Shown: positions 34,417 to 36,775 of the stretch, one piece after another
How positions within the stretch are numbered: position 1 is the stretch's first letter
How the letters are laid out: every line of letters starts with the position of its first letter
Source: Basidiobolus ranarum
Taxonomy: Eukaryota
Direction: 5' to 3'
NCBI GenBank assembly: GCA_040143965.1
Contig: JASJQH010000057.1
Span: 1 to 36,775, forward strand
Length of the DNA stretch: 36,775 nucleotides
Program-made: the position numbers and the translations under genes
Notes under the pieces: model-generated
Database searches by the model: none
What the model was told of the DNA's origin: nothing
What the model saw: the letters and a program-made list of their open reading frames with translations, nothing else

Positions 34417-35017
34417 TTCATCCAAGTTCTCATCAATCATATCATACGTGTAACATATCACTCTGAAATGCTCCAAACTCTGCAAAACAATAAAGTTCCT
34501 TTACATTGCAGTGGGCTCAAGAGAAGGTTTAGGGTTAAAATAGGAATATGTACGTTAATCGAAATATTCCTGCCGTTTGATTTAATCCTGTTACTACAGG
34601 TGTGGTGTGATTCAACCTTTTTTTGTTGGGAGCCCTTTCAACTCCTCTGTTTATATATATCTAAACGCCGAGCCAGTAAAACAGGTGATGGTGAATTAAT
34701 TAACGATTGAATATGCAAACATCGAGCTTGTTCTATATTAGCAATACACATATATGGTCTAACTCTGATTCGATCACTTACTCGAGGGAAGTGTGACCTG
34801 GAGTATCGGCTTCATGGCTTGTTCTAGGTTGAAACGCTTACAACAGTAGCCTATATGGCAGCCACCAATCTCATAGTATTATGAACAGCATCAAAGTGAA
34901 TATTTTTAATCCTAATTAATTGGTCCAGCCTTGTCTTTGTTTACCAGCATCTTGATTGGGTAATGTCATGATATATTAGTCAATGATAGAAAATATCTTC
35001 CCTTTAAGCACTAATAT

Positions 35018-35091
35018 AGAGAGAGAGAGTGGAGAGTCTAAATTGCTCACCGTCCTAGAGAGAGAGTGGAGAGTCTAAATTGCTCACCGTC
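35018..35091. repeat. 37-bp tandem duplication starting in a (GA)n tract
   Basis: AGAGAGAGAGTGGAGAGTCTAAATTGCTCACCGTC occurs twice with period 37. Confidence 0.92.
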
Positions 35092-35644
35092 TATTCCTTC
35101 ATCCCTAATGAACCAGTTGTGCTAAACCGAAAATATTGATTTCCTACTACCATAGTGTCGCGAAGTTACTAAAACGAACCATGTCCAATCGTGGAATGAG
35201 CATGTGCCTCCTCACCGGATAGTGAGAACGATGGAAGGTAAAAAACCGCTACTGGTTTGGGGGTACGTTAAATTGATGAATCAAACGGCAACAAATGAAG
35301 AAACAATCCTGTCTACGTTTTGAAATGCAGCATCGAGTTCGTCACAGTAACAATTTATTCCACAGTGAAGGGCTAGTTAGTCTACTCGTTCTTATTGGTC
35401 AATGTTTATAAACAATAATTTCGTGTTTGCGTCATATAAAATGGTATTGGATTATGGTAGATAATGTGCATAGAGTAAGGGAATCATTAGTGATTGGTTA
35501 TCTTCAGGATGAATAAATATAATCCACTCAGATTTGCTTACCAGAAGATAACACATAGCTTGTTAAAATTTCCACATTGGGGGCCGCCCATTGAGGCCTG
35601 TAGTCCATAAAAGCGAAGTCGGCTCAACACTTACGCTTATCCCA

Positions 35645-36313
35645 ATGATGTTTCTCAAATATCTTCTCTTCGCTTCTTCTGTCTCAACGGTTCTCGCTGT
35701 TCAAGTAAGCTTACCTTATTTTGCTGAAGCCTTCATGGCTACTCAAACTGGAGTTAGTATCTTGACTGGAGTCGCTACCGGAATGGCCTCTTTCTTTGGA
35801 ATCGGGGCTTTGTTGACTCAGTATCATAACGATAATCAAGAGATCCATGCCGTCTGTTGGGACATGGATACTGCTACATGTACCAATGCTGTAACTCTGT
35901 TGGGCTCCGGTTCCTGTGGAACTAGTGCAGAGAAATCCTGTGCGTTAATCTCTACCACTGCTGCTATTTTCAATAGAAATGCTAAAGCTTTGAATGGTAG
36001 CTCTGGCAAATGTACTCTTATTCCCAACAGCGAGAGGTATGCCTCCTGTGATGCCGCTGTAAAGGTGTTCAACCAAGAGAAAAGAGATATTGACTCTTTA
36101 TTGACTACTTTTCATCCAAATAACGGGTATTCACGCCGCACTAGTGTAACACGCGATGGTATTGCAGCACTTATCCGTAAGGAATGTAAACGACAGAATC
36201 TAAATGCTCAAAGATATGTCTGTAGATCTGTTGACCCGGTGGCTCTTGTTACAGCTGAATGTAAGAGGCAGACTGCCAACGCTGGAACAAATCACTGTGC
36301 TTTAAAATTATAA
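35645..36313 (+). CDS. Secreted cysteine-rich protein of unknown function (222 aa)
   Basis: Signal peptide MMFLKYLLFASSVSTVLA, a hydrophobic Gly-rich segment, 10 Cys and KR/RR sites. Intronless, with AATAAA after the stop. Confidence 0.8.
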   Translation: MMFLKYLLFASSVSTVLAVQVSLPYFAEAFMATQTGVSILTGVATGMASFFGIGALLTQYHNDNQEIHAVCWDMDTATCTNAVTLLGSGSCGTSAEKSCALISTTAAIFNRNAKALNGSSGKCTLIPNSERYASCDAAVKVFNQEKRDIDSLLTTFHPNNGYSRRTSVTRDGIAALIRKECKRQNLNAQRYVCRSVDPVALVTAECKRQTANAGTNHCALKL

Positions 36314-36775
36314 TACCCATGAAGTTATAACTCAATTCTGATAATAAAAGTTATGATCTATGTTTCAATTCTAGTAGAGAAATTGTTCACCATGTTTCGG
36401 TTTGTATATGAAAAACGAAAAATCCTGATAGCAATGCTATTCATGCGTATGCTCCTGACAGTGGCGTGGGTAGCTGTCAAAATCTTAGAGTGGCGTTTTT
36501 GGTCAGGGTTAGATATTAATTAGAAGATTAAGATATTAGTTAGATTTTGAATATGTTAGTGTTGGATTAAAAACGCATTTGTTGGCCAAGTGAAAGATAA
36601 GCCGCTAACGTAGTAGCAATGTAGAGATTTTGGAAGACTAAATGAGAGTCACGTGTATTTAAACATCTCAAACACACGGACAAGTTTGAAATAGTATGCT
36701 CTAAGTATATTTCTGTTATCATCTTTGCAGAAAGGCAACTTCTTAGTGTCAACATTGTCGACGATCTCTATCTTT

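Noticed and set aside
36458-36775. CAGTGGCGTG hAT-like terminus and short minus-strand open frames at the window edge
   Set aside because: No partner inverted repeat or target-site duplication, no recognisable protein, and truncated by the window.

Overview
Gene-dense, intron-rich (about 55-90 nt introns), AT-rich eukaryotic DNA from an early-diverging (non-Dikarya) fungus; a Zoopagomycota/Mucoromycota-type source is inferred, not proven. Conserved genes in order: V-ATPase subunit a 3' end, CENP-K, RRN6/TAF1C, mitochondrial RlmN-type radical SAM methyltransferase, a membrane protein, a Cch1/NALCN-clade channel, ACOT9-like thioesterase, INO1, a TPR protein, SAAL1-like, Sds3/BRMS1-like and synaptobrevin. 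Between them lie four intronless secreted-protein genes (a Kex2-type repeat precursor, a small KR-flanked precursor, a double-ShKT protein and a Cys-rich protein) and two head-to-head decayed uricase copies. The best signals absent from the ORF track are: (1) a non-coding minus-strand host gene whose two introns each carry a paralogous box H/ACA snoRNA with covarying stems, predicted to guide 18S rRNA pseudouridylation at GCCCUU-U-GUACACAC; (2) three U12-type minor introns (one AT-AC, two GT-AG); (3) a small protein with two copies of a FAM104/VCF1-like p97-binding helix; (4) an EEEE selectivity filter in Cch1. All calls are by eye; no database searches were run.
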